A stretch of DNA of 64,000 nt from an uncultured Candidatus Saccharibacteria bacterium (GTDB lineage Bacteria; Patescibacteriota; Saccharimonadia; Saccharimonadales; JACDBH01): assembly GCA_964644965.1 (NCBI GenBank), contig CAZXYN010000005.1, positions 9,759 to 73,758 on the forward strand, given 5' to 3'. Under the pieces are notes generated by a model. It was not told the DNA's origin and did no database searches. It was given only the letters and a program-made list of their open reading frames with translations. Both the position numbers and the translations under genes were made by a program. Below, one piece after another: positions 17,516 to 25,206 of the stretch (its first letter is position 1; each line of letters starts with the position of its first letter).

Positions 17516-17717
17516 AAGGTTTGTCTCCCCTCCACTTAACTCTTGTTACACTTGATCCGAAAACATTTGATTTTTTATCTTGCTACTAGTATAGCTAGAG
17601 ATGCAACAGCGTGCAAAGGTTTTGTAACCTTATTTACAACATAATATATACAACAATAGCTTTTGTCTGATATAAAAAGATAAAAATATAGTTCAGTTGG
17701 TGGGAGACAGGTGTCTC

Positions 17718-18392
17718 ATGCGTTTGATCGAACAATTTTTCAGAATCGTCGCACCATCCAACTGTTTGATGTGTCGTACCGAAGGTAGCTTACTGTGCGC
17801 CTGGTGTATTGAAGATGCTTTGCCGCAGCATCAGCCTCGTTGCTATCGCTGCAACGCATTGACCTCAGAGAGTTCAATCTGTGCAAACTGCAAGCGAAAA
17901 ACAGCTCTCAGAAGTCTGTGGATACGTACCGAATACTCTGATACAGCCAAGAACCTGGTTCATATGATGAAATTTAAGTACTCAGGCGAAGCAGCTGACA
18001 TTCTGGCCACCGAACTGGTGAACACAATCCCTGCCCTGTCGCCAGAAACAATCGTTGTAGCAGTACCTACAATCACATCGCATGTACGTCAGCGCGGATT
18101 TGACCACACCAAACGCATTGTTGCACGGATTTCTGCCATGACCCCATATTCTAGTCAGCAAGTGCTTGTTCGGATGGGTCAGCATCGCCAGGTTGGTTCT
18201 AGTCGAAAGCAGCGTTTGACCGAAGTAACTAATAGTTTTCGGGTCAAAAGCCCATTTGTGGTCAAAAATTGCCCCGTTGTGCTGGTAGATGACGTGCTGA
18301 CCACTGGTGCAACGCTTGAGGCAGCAGCCAAGGCTCTACGACAAGCTGGCGCTTCGCGGGTAGACGCGGTGGTTTTCGCCCGCGCCCGGTAG
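17718..18392 (+). CDS. comF: ComF-family phosphoribosyltransferase-domain protein
   Basis: N-terminal Cys pairs (CLMCRT...CAWC, CYRC...CANC) and C-terminal PRTase motif VVLVDDVLTTGATL; ATG 17718 chosen, TTG 17697/GTG 17700 are in-frame alternatives. Confidence 0.8.
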   Translation: MRLIEQFFRIVAPSNCLMCRTEGSLLCAWCIEDALPQHQPRCYRCNALTSESSICANCKRKTALRSLWIRTEYSDTAKNLVHMMKFKYSGEAADILATELVNTIPALSPETIVVAVPTITSHVRQRGFDHTKRIVARISAMTPYSSQQVLVRMGQHRQVGSSRKQRLTEVTNSFRVKSPFVVKNCPVVLVDDVLTTGATLEAAAKALRQAGASRVDAVVFARAR

Positions 18393-18458
18393 TAGACTTT
18401 CGTGCTGCCAGCAAAAGCTGGCTATTGGATGGGAGGTTCACGAAAGCTCACTACTGGG
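18385..18458. repeat. hairpin repeat element, copy 2 (GTAGTGAG/TCTACTAC family)
   Basis: Arms CCCGGTAGTAGACTTTCGTG (18385-18404) and CACGAAAGCTCACTACTGGG (18439-18458); internal hairpin GCCAGC-aaaa-GCTGGC; left arm contains the comF stop codon TAG 18390-18392. Confidence 0.75.
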
Positions 18459-18669
18459 CCGCGCCAAATAGTCTTTTATTAACAGAGATAAACTGTTATA
18501 ATTCGTATCTGTTAACAACTGAATTGCAGCTAATAACCAAAATTCCAAACCAAGTCGCCTAGGCGACTGTTCGGGATTTTGAGAGGAGGAAGCTTGCTGA
18601 GATTTCTAATGTTGCCGGATAAACTTGTTTTGTCGGCGGCAAGGAAATCGCAGCATTGCATTCCGACGA

Positions 18670-18762
18670 GGAGAGGTACCCAAGTGGCTGAAGGGGACGG
18701 TTTGCTAAATCGTTAGTGGGGCGAGAGTTCCAGCGAGGGTTCGAATCCCTCTCTCTCCGCCA
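18670..18762 (+). tRNA. tRNA-Ser (anticodon GCU), CCA encoded
   Basis: Hand-folded: acceptor GGAGAGG/TCTCTCC, anticodon stem ACGGT/ATCGT with loop TTGCTAA, long variable arm, T-arm GAGGG-TTCGAAT-CCCTC, 3' GCCA. Confidence 0.85.
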
Positions 18763-18927
18763 ATACGAATATTTAATAGCTCGTACGCTTTTAAATATTC
18801 GTATATGGTTCGGCAGATAGGGGTGAGAACGGGAAGTTCGGGGGACTTCCCCGCACCTTGCCCGTGCTATGCCAGTGGCATAGCTAAGGGGCTGGCTGGC
18901 AAAAGTAAGTTTTTTTGCCGCCAGAGG

Positions 18928-18949
18928 CGAATCCCTCTCTCTCCGCCAA
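18928..18949 (+). repeat. 22-bp echo of tRNA-Ser 3' end
   Basis: CGAATCCCTCTCTCTCCGCCAA is identical to 18742-18763 (T-loop through CCA+A of tRNA-Ser GCU; the first 21 bp, through CCA, also match tRNA-Ser GGA at 46074-46094). Confidence 0.85.
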
Positions 18950-18956
18950 GATTCTT

Positions 18957-19316
18957 TTACAATCTATATTTTCCTTGAGGACGAATAGAGCGTCTGCCGT
19001 CTAAGCATTCAGGGATAAGGTATTCCCTACCGTCTGAAGTAAGTACATATAGCCAGTCATATGCATTTTGCTTGGTTTTCTTGATAACGTAGCCTTGAGA
19101 ATTGCTGTGTATTCTTCTAAGCTCAACATCTTTACCACTGTTATACCTGACTTGTACACGGTAAATGGTTTCGTCTTTGTCTACTAGTAGGTCGTACGCA
19201 GCTGACTCTGTTATTGGCAGGGCTAGATCGTAACCCATCCTAGTGAAGGTTGCTATTGATTGCGCGACAGCTATGTCGCCTTTGCGTTGTGTGGTTCTCA
19301 TAAGGAAAGTATACAC
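18957..19316 (-). CDS. small PD-(D/E)XK-type endonuclease (group I intron-associated endonuclease-like family)
   Basis: 119 aa; KGDIAVAQSIATFTRMGYDLALPITESAAYDLLVDKDETIYRVQVRY follows the G..AE..V...G..V..P..D..YDL...RVQVK pattern of small PD-(D/E)XK nucleases; sits between two tRNA-Ser genes. Confidence 0.6.
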   Translation of the reverse strand: MYTFLMRTTQRKGDIAVAQSIATFTRMGYDLALPITESAAYDLLVDKDETIYRVQVRYNSGKDVELRRIHSNSQGYVIKKTKQNAYDWLYVLTSDGREYLIPECLDGRRSIRPQGKYRL

Positions 19317-19338
19317 GGTAGGGCATACCGTTCAATAA

Positions 19339-19428
19339 GGAGAGATGCTCGAGTGGTTTAAGAGAACAGTCTTGAAAACTGTCGTGCCGGAAACGGTACC
19401 GTGGGTTCGAATCCCACTCTCTCCGCCA
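19339..19428 (+). tRNA. tRNA-Ser (anticodon UGA), CCA encoded
   Basis: Acceptor GGAGAGA/TCTCTCC, anticodon stem ACAGT/ACTGT with loop CTTGAAA, long variable arm, T-arm GTGGG-TTCGAAT-CCCAC, GCCA. Confidence 0.85.
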
Positions 19429-19491
19429 AGGAATGCCGCCTGTCATAGGCGGTATTTTGTTTACCCCTGCCCCTTGCGGTACAATAACCAT

Positions 19492-20199
19492 ATGCAAGAT
19501 GGGAATCAGAATGAACCCGGATGGGTGTTTAAGCCTGGTGATGAGCCAAATACTCAGCCCGCAGCCCCTGCTGAATTGCCGCCTACCCCAGAGGTAGAGC
19601 CGGTTACCCCTAAGCCTGTGGAAGTAGAGACACCGCCAGCTCCTGCTACACCAGAAGCTGTCCAACAACAACCTGCGCAGCCAGCACCCTCAGAAATGCC
19701 AACGGAAGAAGAGTCACAACAAGCTCCGACGGAGAACGCTGCTCATGTTGAATGGACGGCATCAGAGTACATCGCTCATCAGAAGAATGCTGGCTGGTTT
19801 GCTCTGCTGGCTCTTGCAACTCTGGGTGTTGCAGCAGTTGTTTTCTTGGTCACCGGCGGAGATTTGATTGCAACTGTCGTGATTGGCCTGCTTGGCGTGT
19901 CGCTAGGTATCTTTGCTGCCCGTCAGCCAAAGGTGCTTAATTATGCTATCGACAGTTCCGGAATTCACATTGGTCAGAAATTTTATCCTTACGGCTCGTT
20001 CAAATCCTTCTCTGTTGTGCATGATCAAGCGATGGGCTATATCTCGCTAGCACCTCTGCGCAGATTTATGCCGCCGCTCAGTGTGCACTACGATCCAAAC
20101 GACGAAAACAAAATTGCCCAGACTCTAGCCGAGTACCTCCCTTATGACGACCACAAGCCAGATATGACAGATACAATCACGAGGAAAATCAGGTTTTAA
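19492..20199 (+). CDS. hypothetical two-TM membrane protein with Pro-rich N-terminus
   Basis: ATG 19492 chosen because the longer ORF (19345) overlaps tRNA-Ser; hydrophobic segments WFALLALATLGVAAVVFLV and LIATVVIGLLGVSLGIFAA. Confidence 0.65.
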   Translation: MQDGNQNEPGWVFKPGDEPNTQPAAPAELPPTPEVEPVTPKPVEVETPPAPATPEAVQQQPAQPAPSEMPTEEESQQAPTENAAHVEWTASEYIAHQKNAGWFALLALATLGVAAVVFLVTGGDLIATVVIGLLGVSLGIFAARQPKVLNYAIDSSGIHIGQKFYPYGSFKSFSVVHDQAMGYISLAPLRRFMPPLSVHYDPNDENKIAQTLAEYLPYDDHKPDMTDTITRKIRF

Positions 20200-20200
20200 A

Positions 20201-20638
20201 TTGGATCAGCAGACTCCAGTGCAAGCTGCACCTACAAATAATTCTAATATGACGCTAGAACAGCTAGCGGCATCTCAGCCAGCTGCCCCAGTCGCTGTGC
20301 CCCAGAAGAAAATAATTGGCCGCCCAGACATGTTTAGTAAGTTCTTGGTACTAGAAGGTTTCACTCACTGGTTTTTTCGGCTTGGCTTTGCCAGTATTTT
20401 CCTAGTAAATGCTGTTTATGCGACTCTCGATCCAGAAAGTTTTACGGTATTGCTTGAGAAGAATCCAGTAGCGAGCGCCATTGGATTCACTGATTTGATG
20501 CTCAAGTTTGCGCTTGTGAATGATCTGCTGCTTGCGATATTTATAATCGGTGGCTGGCGCAAACAATGGGTTTACGCCTGGGCCGGAGCTTGGCTGTTGC
20601 TAGTGGCAGGTCTCAAGATGATGAACCTATTCTTCTAA
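20201..20638 (+). CDS. hypothetical membrane protein (DoxX-like appearance, weak)
   Basis: 145-aa ORF with at least three hydrophobic helices; start uncertain (TTG 20201; ATG 20249 or 20330 in frame). Confidence 0.55.
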   Translation: MDQQTPVQAAPTNNSNMTLEQLAASQPAAPVAVPQKKIIGRPDMFSKFLVLEGFTHWFFRLGFASIFLVNAVYATLDPESFTVLLEKNPVASAIGFTDLMLKFALVNDLLLAIFIIGGWRKQWVYAWAGAWLLLVAGLKMMNLFF

Positions 20639-20678
20639 TAATAAAAAACCCGTTCACATAGCGAACGGATTCTATATT

Positions 20679-20755
20679 TGGTACACCCGGCAGGATTCGA
20701 ACCTACGACCTCCTGTACCGCAAACAGACGCTCTATCCAGCTGAGCTACGGGTGC
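20679..20755 (-). tRNA. tRNA-Arg (anticodon read as GCG), CCA encoded
   Basis: Reverse complement GCACCCGTAGCTCAGCTGGATAGAGCG-TCTGT-TTGCGGT-ACAGG-AGGTC-GTAGGTTCGAATCCTGC-CGGGTGT-ACCA; acceptor/D-arm closely resemble bacterial tRNA-Arg. Confidence 0.75.
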
Positions 20756-20857
20756 ATGTGATTTTCTTGTTGAAAGTGCAATATTGTACACTGATGCCTT
20801 GATGAATTCTCTGGATACAGCGTGAATACTGTCTAAATAGTTTGGCTTTGCCAAAAC

Positions 20858-20876
20858 CCAGCTGAGCTACGGGTGC
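20858..20876 (-). repeat. 19-bp echo of tRNA-Arg 5' end
   Basis: CCAGCTGAGCTACGGGTGC identical to 20737-20755 (acceptor 5' strand plus D-arm of the tRNA on minus strand), 102 bp upstream of the gene. Confidence 0.85.
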
Positions 20877-20995
20877 GCAACAGGGGTTAATACTACCATA
20901 GTTTTCGAGATTTGACCAGACTAAATCAGTTAAGAAGACCTGCTCCGTCCAAGAGCAGGTCTTCCAAGGGTCTCTAGATTAAGGGCTACAGCAAA

Positions 20996-21652
20996 CTACC
21001 GTCTAGAGTGCTGCTTTTGTGGGCTACGACGTGACTCTCGGGAGTTATCGTCTCTGGAATTCCATCTATCTCGTCGATCAGATTGACGTTCCTTTCTATC
21101 TTCCCAGCGGTCAAACTTTTTCTCCCATTTGGCACGCCATGCAGCTACTGCCTGTTCACCACGCTTGCTACAGTCGTGTTTCTTGTCTGATGCATCCTTG
21201 ATACGGACAATTTCACCGTCGCTGGCTCGGACATAAATCCTCCAACCGTCGGCAAACACGACCTTGTAGACTTTTTCGGCATCAAGTTTCTTGAGTTTGA
21301 CTTTTGCCATAACAACTTCACTGTCTGGGTGCTCTGTCTGAGCGATAATTACCGCTTCGGCTAACGCCACTGCAGTGGGTTCGGCCGGTACTTCCGGCTC
21401 CTCTACCACAGGCTCCTCGTCCTCTTCGATGACCTCAGGAGTTTCTACAACCGGAACCACAACTTCTTCTACAATTGGCTCCTCGGTAGTCTCTTCCTCG
21501 ACCACCTCGACGGTTTCTACGGTTTCAACTGTCTCAGTTTCTGTTGGAATCTCATCTTCTTGCGCGTAGGCACGAATTGCTAGCGGTGTTGCTAATACAC
21601 TTGCGAATAATGCAATAACAAACACGTTTTTAAACTTACTAATTTTTACCAT
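20996..21652 (-). CDS. secreted acidic-repeat protein with PepSY-like C-terminal domain
   Basis: ATG 21652 gives signal peptide MVKISKFKNVFVIALFASVLATPLAIRAYA; Glu/Val/Pro-rich repeats; VYKVVFADGWRIYVRASDGEIVRIKD resembles PepSY; basic Arg/Asp/Ser tail; divergent from ECF sigma gene. Confidence 0.6.
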   Translation of the reverse strand: MVKISKFKNVFVIALFASVLATPLAIRAYAQEDEIPTETETVETVETVEVVEEETTEEPIVEEVVVPVVETPEVIEEDEEPVVEEPEVPAEPTAVALAEAVIIAQTEHPDSEVVMAKVKLKKLDAEKVYKVVFADGWRIYVRASDGEIVRIKDASDKKHDCSKRGEQAVAAWRAKWEKKFDRWEDRKERQSDRRDRWNSRDDNSRESRRSPQKQHSRR

Positions 21653-21804
21653 GGTTACCTTCCTGCTTACGTTTGTGTGCGACATATGTAACGAAACGCC
21701 TGCAAAAACGTTACATATTACGGAAAGTTGCCTAAAGAAAAAAGCCGGCAAACACCAATATGCGATAATGTTTAACAATGCTTTCGAAACGGAGGTTTAC
21801 CCGA

Positions 21805-22260
21805 ATGTACAATGCATACGCCGACGACATCTACCGGTTTCTGTTCGTGCATGTACGCGACAAAGAGACCGCAGAGGATCTGACGGCCGATACATTCGCA
21901 AAGGCTTGGAAGCACATAGATAAGTATGATTTTCGTCACCCACGGGGCTGGCTTTACGCAATTGCTAGGAATACGCTGACCGATTATTGGCGCAAGAAAA
22001 AGCCTGTGCAGCTCGATGAATCAATAGAGATTATTGATGACAAACCTTCTCACGAGGAAATTATGGACAAAAAACTAGAACTAAAACGCGCCGCCAAGGC
22101 ACTGACTACCCTACCGAGTGACATGAAATCAGTCGTTTCGTTGCGATTCTTGCAAGGGTATTCTGTACGTCAAACGGCCGAAGCCCTGGATTTAAGCGAG
22201 GCCAATGTCCGCGTCATGCAGTACCGCGCGCTCAAGAAAATGCGAAAGGAGTTGTCATGA
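21805..22260 (+). CDS. ECF-type sigma-70 family RNA polymerase sigma factor
   Basis: Region 2-like YRFLFVHVRDKETAEDLTADTFAKAW and region 4 HTH VRQTAEALDLSEANVRVMQYRALKKMR; GGAGG 9 nt upstream of ATG 21805 (ATG 21778 alternative). Confidence 0.85.
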   Translation: MYNAYADDIYRFLFVHVRDKETAEDLTADTFAKAWKHIDKYDFRHPRGWLYAIARNTLTDYWRKKKPVQLDESIEIIDDKPSHEEIMDKKLELKRAAKALTTLPSDMKSVVSLRFLQGYSVRQTAEALDLSEANVRVMQYRALKKMRKELS

Positions 22261-22829
22261 AAAAATCAGAATTAGAACGACAACTTCGAAAAACCGGCGC
22301 CAACACCAGTGAATCCCAGCAGCTTGCCGATCTGGCGGCCGACCTAAGTACTATTAAGACAAAGGGTTTGTCTGACAAGACCCGCCAGCAAATTATGAGT
22401 AATATTGACCGCAAACCACGGATTGTCTATCCGCTTCGTTGGGCGATGGGTGGTGTGGCTATGGTGTTTGTAGCTGCGGCAATCGCGGTTCTTGCCCTGC
22501 CAAACCGACCTGCCCAAGAAACAATGCAGAGCGCCGATGATCATACGACTCAGCTACTAGATCAAGAAGATTTAACCGATAAGCAGACAGAAATCGAGCA
22601 GCTCATGCAGCAACAAGCCCCATTAGAACAGATAGAAGAGGCCGAAAAGCAGTATGAAAACGCTGTTGACCAGAATTGGCAGCGTTATCGCAGCCAAGAT
22701 GATAAGAGTCAGGACGAATACTGGAACTGGCGCAACAACAATAATTATCGGGATTATCGCGATGGATACGTGAATAGCTGGTTCGACAGAAGAGACGAAG
22801 ACAGTGGTGACAGCCGCCGAAGACGCTAA
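22257..22829 (+). CDS. putative anti-sigma factor (single-pass membrane protein)
   Basis: ATGA overlap with sigma gene; one TM WAMGGVAMVFVAAAIAVLAL; position-based inference only. Confidence 0.5.
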   Translation: MKKSELERQLRKTGANTSESQQLADLAADLSTIKTKGLSDKTRQQIMSNIDRKPRIVYPLRWAMGGVAMVFVAAAIAVLALPNRPAQETMQSADDHTTQLLDQEDLTDKQTEIEQLMQQQAPLEQIEEAEKQYENAVDQNWQRYRSQDDKSQDEYWNWRNNNNYRDYRDGYVNSWFDRRDEDSGDSRRRR

Positions 22830-22869
22830 TGCTTGCTTCTGAACCCTGGGGTATCTACAATTTAGGATA

Positions 22870-23199
22870 ATGGAAAGAAGTGTATTCTATACCCCACCAG
22901 AAAATACGGTAGAAGAAGCTGACCACGCAACAGAGCTTATTAGAAAAATGACTGCAGGTGAAGAGTTGTGGTGGCCTGGCATGGATACTGATAGCGGACG
23001 TACAGCCTATCTGTTTGCTAACAGGAAATGTCTGGGCTACATAAGTCACGAGTATGATACCGATATCACTGACATAGTATTGTATCCAGAAGACGCGAAC
23101 GGCGAGCCAAGAACAATTTCGTCAGAAATAATGACCGAAGAAGCCGCTGCCGAAGTGCTACGCACCGCAGCTGGACTAAAGGTCACAGATCAAGAGTAG
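22870..23199 (+). CDS. hypothetical protein
   Basis: 109-aa ORF, protein-like composition, no recognised motif. Confidence 0.5.
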   Translation: MERSVFYTPPENTVEEADHATELIRKMTAGEELWWPGMDTDSGRTAYLFANRKCLGYISHEYDTDITDIVLYPEDANGEPRTISSEIMTEEAAAEVLRTAAGLKVTDQE

Positions 23200-23224
23200 T
23201 CCACCTCTGATAAAATAAAACTAC

Positions 23225-23315
23225 GGAAGAGTGGCTGAGCTGGTTTAAGGCGCACGACTCGAAATCGTGTGTGCGGGAAATCGTACCGTGGGTTCGAATC
23301 CCACCTCTTCCGCCA
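23225..23315 (+). tRNA. tRNA-Ser (anticodon CGA), CCA encoded
   Basis: Acceptor GGAAGAG/CTCTTCC, anticodon stem CACGA/TCGTG with loop CTCGAAA, long variable arm, T-arm GTGGG-TTCGAAT-CCCAC, GCCA. Confidence 0.85.
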
Positions 23316-23323
23316 GGAAGATG

Positions 23324-23354
23324 AACCCGACCCTTGTGGTCGGGTTTGACTTTT
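23324..23354 (+). terminator. rho-independent terminator after tRNA-Ser(CGA)
   Basis: AACCCGACC-cttgt-GGTCGGGTT followed by TGACTTTT. Confidence 0.5.
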
Positions 23355-23431
23355 CTGATGAAAAGTCTGGGATGGGAACCCGGGTTCGTCGTATGCGAAG
23401 CGGAGAAGCCCAGCTTGTCTGGGCGCTATCT

Positions 23432-23446
23432 CACCTCTTCCGCCAG
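23432..23446 (+). repeat. 15-bp echo of tRNA-Ser(CGA) 3' end
   Basis: CACCTCTTCCGCCAG identical to 23302-23316. Confidence 0.8.
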
Positions 23447-23448
23447 AC

Positions 23449-24537
23449 TTAAGAGTCAGATTCGGATTTTGCTTTATCTTCTGATTCAGGAGCAGCCTTT
23501 TCTTGTTCACCATCAGGCGTAGGCTTGTCTTTCTCTGGATCTTTTGGTTGATTATAAAACTTCGCAAGCAGCACGCCGGCCAGACCGACAATCAAGAATA
23601 TTGCCGCATACCACCAGAGTAATCTAGCGACGTCCTGCCCAGCAACCTCCATGACACGTACGGCCAGGCTGACTCCTGGCTGGTTTTTATCATTATTCTC
23701 AATCAGGTTTTTGACAAACCCAGGCCCCCTGCCAATAAACAGCGCTGACAATCCTACCGCAAAGCCGCTCGAGGCCATTATCAACCCACTACGCTGTACG
23801 CCTTTGCGGCGTGTGCTGCTTAGGAAAAATATTGCTACCAGGGATACTAAACTAAGAAGACCAAAGACAATTGGCATCCATTTGCTGCGCTGGTAGGCTT
23901 CACGAAATTCCTTGGGTAGTGGATCACCCTGGTCGCCACCGTCGATGAACTCACTTGATTCAAACTGGGTGTTTTCATTGCTTTGTAGCACGTTGTTAAC
24001 TTGCTTTGTTACCTCTGCACCAGCCTGTTCAGCGGTCAACTCTGGAGGTAGACATGGAGCGACAAAAATGTCGTAATTTGCTGCCAGGATTCGAGCCTGA
24101 GCAGGTGTGCAGGTTGGAAGACTGGCTGCTCGCTGGCTGGCGATATTGCCGATTCCCTCAGCGATTCGGGAGCTTGATTCACTGATGTCTACCGTAAATG
24201 ATGGCGGTGTCACGCCGTTGTCAAGCCAGTGGTAGACACCGTCCACTAGATCTTCGACCGAAGATTGCAGCAGATCCTTGCCAATTGCGTCGTACACCAC
24301 CTGCTGCACTTCTTCGTTATTGGCTACGGCAGCAATATTTTCGTTGCCGTTCTCTGCTACTTGATCTGCAACTGTTTTGCTTAGTTCACTGTAAAAATCG
24401 CTGTCTACCAGCCAAGACTTTACTACCTCTTTGTCGTGAATGACGCTAGATAGCGAATGAGACCATGCGAGGCCAAATAGCGAGGCGCCAAGCACCACTG
24501 CAAAAAAAGATAACCCAAGCCGACGTGCAAGCTGCAT
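23449..24537 (-). CDS. hypothetical polytopic membrane protein with Lys/Glu-rich C-terminal tail
   Basis: ATG 24537 (MQLARRLGLSFFAVVLGASLF) chosen to avoid overlap with HIT gene on other strand; longer ORF to 24621 possible; TM helices at both ends. Confidence 0.6.
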   Translation of the reverse strand: MQLARRLGLSFFAVVLGASLFGLAWSHSLSSVIHDKEVVKSWLVDSDFYSELSKTVADQVAENGNENIAAVANNEEVQQVVYDAIGKDLLQSSVEDLVDGVYHWLDNGVTPPSFTVDISESSSRIAEGIGNIASQRAASLPTCTPAQARILAANYDIFVAPCLPPELTAEQAGAEVTKQVNNVLQSNENTQFESSEFIDGGDQGDPLPKEFREAYQRSKWMPIVFGLLSLVSLVAIFFLSSTRRKGVQRSGLIMASSGFAVGLSALFIGRGPGFVKNLIENNDKNQPGVSLAVRVMEVAGQDVARLLWWYAAIFLIVGLAGVLLAKFYNQPKDPEKDKPTPDGEQEKAAPESEDKAKSESDS

Positions 24538-24570
24538 AATGATTAAGTATAACCCTGCTACAATAAAATT

Positions 24571-24975
24571 ATGCAAGATTCGGTGTTTACCAAGATCATC
24601 AAGGGTGAAATTCCCTGCCACAAAGTCTATGAGGACGAAAAAACTATCGCCTTTTTAACCATCGAGCCACTAATTGAAGGCCATACATTAGTTGTTTCCA
24701 AGCTCCAGATTGACGATTTTGAGGCTCTACCTACAGAGGATTACCAGGCACTGTTCTCAACCGTTCAGAAAGTAGCTGAGCGTATTAAGCAAGTTTACGG
24801 TGTTCGCAAAGCCATTGTCAGCATCATGGGCTACGAAGTGCCACACGCTCATGTCCACATCATGCCGGCTAATGCAGAGGCCGAGTTCTACCAGGCTATC
24901 GAGCAGCGTGATAAGCTTGCCAAGGAACCAGATCATCAAAAGCTCGCAGCAGTAGCAGAAAGGCTCAAATTCTAA
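24571..24975 (+). CDS. HIT-family (HinT-like) nucleotide hydrolase
   Basis: 134 aa; FTKIIKGEIPCHKVYEDEKTIAFL and histidine triad HAHVHIMP. Confidence 0.85.
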   Translation: MQDSVFTKIIKGEIPCHKVYEDEKTIAFLTIEPLIEGHTLVVSKLQIDDFEALPTEDYQALFSTVQKVAERIKQVYGVRKAIVSIMGYEVPHAHVHIMPANAEAEFYQAIEQRDKLAKEPDHQKLAAVAERLKF

Positions 24976-24976
24976 C

Positions 24977-25141
24977 ATGAACTCGTTCTTCATAGCTTTC
25001 CTAGCATCACTAGGTGTATCAGTGTGGGTTTACACCAAGGTCTACAAATCTTCGGGCAATAACCAGAACGCCGTGATTGCGGCGGCAATCGCAGCAGTCA
25101 TAAACTTCATCTTCATAATCAGCACACTTAGCCTGTTGTAA
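24977..25141 (+). CDS. possible small two-TM membrane protein (54 aa)
   Basis: Hand-translated MNSFFIAFLASLGVSVWVYTKVYKSSGNNQNAVIAAAIAAVINFIFIISTLSLL; starts 1 nt after HIT stop; below ORF-track cut-off; no clear RBS. Confidence 0.35.
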   Translation: MNSFFIAFLASLGVSVWVYTKVYKSSGNNQNAVIAAAIAAVINFIFIISTLSLL

Positions 25142-25206
25142 AAACTAGCCAGATAATACTCATTTTGTGTAGCATTATCTGCGCCAAACAGGTATGATAG
25201 TCCCAT

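Noticed and set aside
18479-18502. Promoter upstream of tRNA-Ser(GCU) (TGTTATAAT extended -10)
   Set aside because: The -10 is good but there is no acceptable -35 at 16-18 nt. It lies about 170 nt from the tRNA, so it was not listed as a feature.
18763-18927. tmRNA, RNase P RNA or SRP RNA in tRNA-adjacent spacers and in the valS upstream region
   Set aside because: The hallmark motifs were not seen. These are GAGGAAAGTCCGGGC for RNase P, a tRNA-like 3' end with TCCACCA for tmRNA, and GGAAGCAGCC for SRP.
19345-19491. N-terminal extension of the 284-aa ORF (19345-20199)
   Set aside because: The first 49 codons overlap tRNA-Ser(UGA) and its trailer. An internal ATG at 19492 gives a sensible protein.
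19240-19671. 143-aa minus-strand ORF
   Set aside because: It runs antisense through tRNA-Ser(UGA) and two better-supported genes, and its composition looks like a shadow ORF.
20672-20854. 60-aa minus-strand ORF
   Set aside because: It is largely the tRNA-Arg gene read as protein.
23190-23591. 133-aa minus-strand ORF
   Set aside because: It spans tRNA-Ser(CGA) antisense and overlaps the 3' end of the 390-aa membrane-protein gene in another frame.
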